Shown piece after piece: positions 63,133-64,000 of a stretch of DNA of 64,000 nt. A program made the position numbers and the translations under genes. This DNA comes from Rhynchobatus australiae (lineage: Eukaryota): NCBI GenBank assembly GCA_034780895.1, contig JAUZTB010000127.1, forward strand, positions 29,022,144 to 29,086,143, in the 5' to 3' direction. Within the stretch, counting starts at the first letter, position 1. The number at the start of each line of letters is the position of its first letter. The notes below the pieces were generated by a model that saw only the letters and a program-made list of their open reading frames with translations, was not told the DNA's origin and made no database searches.

Positions 63133-63239
63133 ATTCCAGCATTGTTGACTTTGGTGCTTGTAAACATCTTGGCTATTATGTCTTGGTTCTACACTAGGGA
63201 CTGAATGACTATAACATCCCTTTCCCTACAACTCCCATT

Positions 63240-63890
63240 ACTTCACAGAATCAGAGAATGATTCCAGCATTGAAGGATACTATACCAGCTTTATGTAAGA
63301 GTAGTTCAGTTAGTCTCATTTCTCTACCTTCTCTCCACACCCCTGCAAATTCTTTCATCACTAATACTTATCCAGTTCCCTTTTTAATACTGCATTTGAA
63401 TGTTTCCATTACTCCCNNNNNNNNNNNNNNNNNNNAGTTTGTAATCACCTGCTGCATGAAAGAAAGTTTTTCCTCATGTTACTTTTAGTTCTTTAGCCAA
63501 TTATCTTCATTCTATATCCCTTGGTTTTTGATCCTTCTGCCAATAGAAGTAGTTTCTCTCTGTCTATACCCATCACAATTTTAAATAGCTGGGATCAGAT
63601 CCTCTTGCAATCTATTTGATTTCAAGAACAACCCCAACTTCTCCAGTCAATACACATAACTAAAGTCCCTTTTTTGTTAAATAATGTAAATGGATCTCAT
63701 CTGCAATTTCTCTAAACCTTTTACATCTAATCCAGTGTGGTGCCCAGAACTGGATACAATATTGGATTTGTGGCTGAATTAGCATTTTATAAAAGTTCAG
63801 TGTGACATTTTTGCTCATGTATTCTATGCCTCTATTTTTAAAGTTCAGGATTCTGCATGTTATTTTAACCTGCCCTTCCACTTTCAACAA
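63240..63890 (-). mobile_element. CR1 LINE fragment
   Basis: RGIEYMSKNVTLNFYKMLIQPQIQYCIQFWAPH. Confidence 0.85.
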
Positions 63891-64000
63891 ACAGTGAACC
63901 TATACCCCCACCCTTTTTCTAAAAAGGCACATTTCTAAAAAGGCTGCTTCTACACCCTCTTTAGAAATGTGCCCTCTAGTTTATATTGCTTTGTCTCTTT

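Noticed and set aside
25100-64000. MSRB1 exons or SECIS element expected from human synteny upstream of HS3ST6
   Set aside because: No recognisable MSRB1 peptide found by eye or in the ORF track; a short terminal exon or UTR could have been missed

Overview
Repeat-rich vertebrate DNA from a gapped, short-read-style assembly. The repeat families (CR1 LINEs, HE1/V-SINEs, Deu-domain SINEs, Rex1/Babar, Penelope-like elements) point to a cartilaginous fish, probably a ray or shark; the taxon is an inference. The only host gene I can support is the first coding exon of a heparan sulfate 3-O-sulfotransferase, best matching HS3ST6, on the minus strand (ATG at 24562). The rest of that exon is lost in an undersized gap and exon 2 is not visible in the window. 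So 1-24362 is probably intron 1 and 25000-64000 is upstream or intergenic. The most notable features are: (i) many Penelope-like remnants carrying minimal type I hammerhead ribozyme motifs, including short 130-270 bp insertions with 10-15 bp target-site duplications and a recurrent CUGAUGC core variant; (ii) two inverted copies of one solo LTR (TGTCA...TGACA, 5-bp TSD) bracketing the HS3ST6 promoter; (iii) an overlapping uORF on HS3ST6; (iv) strong CTCF motifs, candidate conserved enhancers, perfect palindromes and a recent local duplication. Repeat boundaries are approximate unless TSDs or TIRs are quoted. All family calls come from recalled sequence similarity, not database searches.
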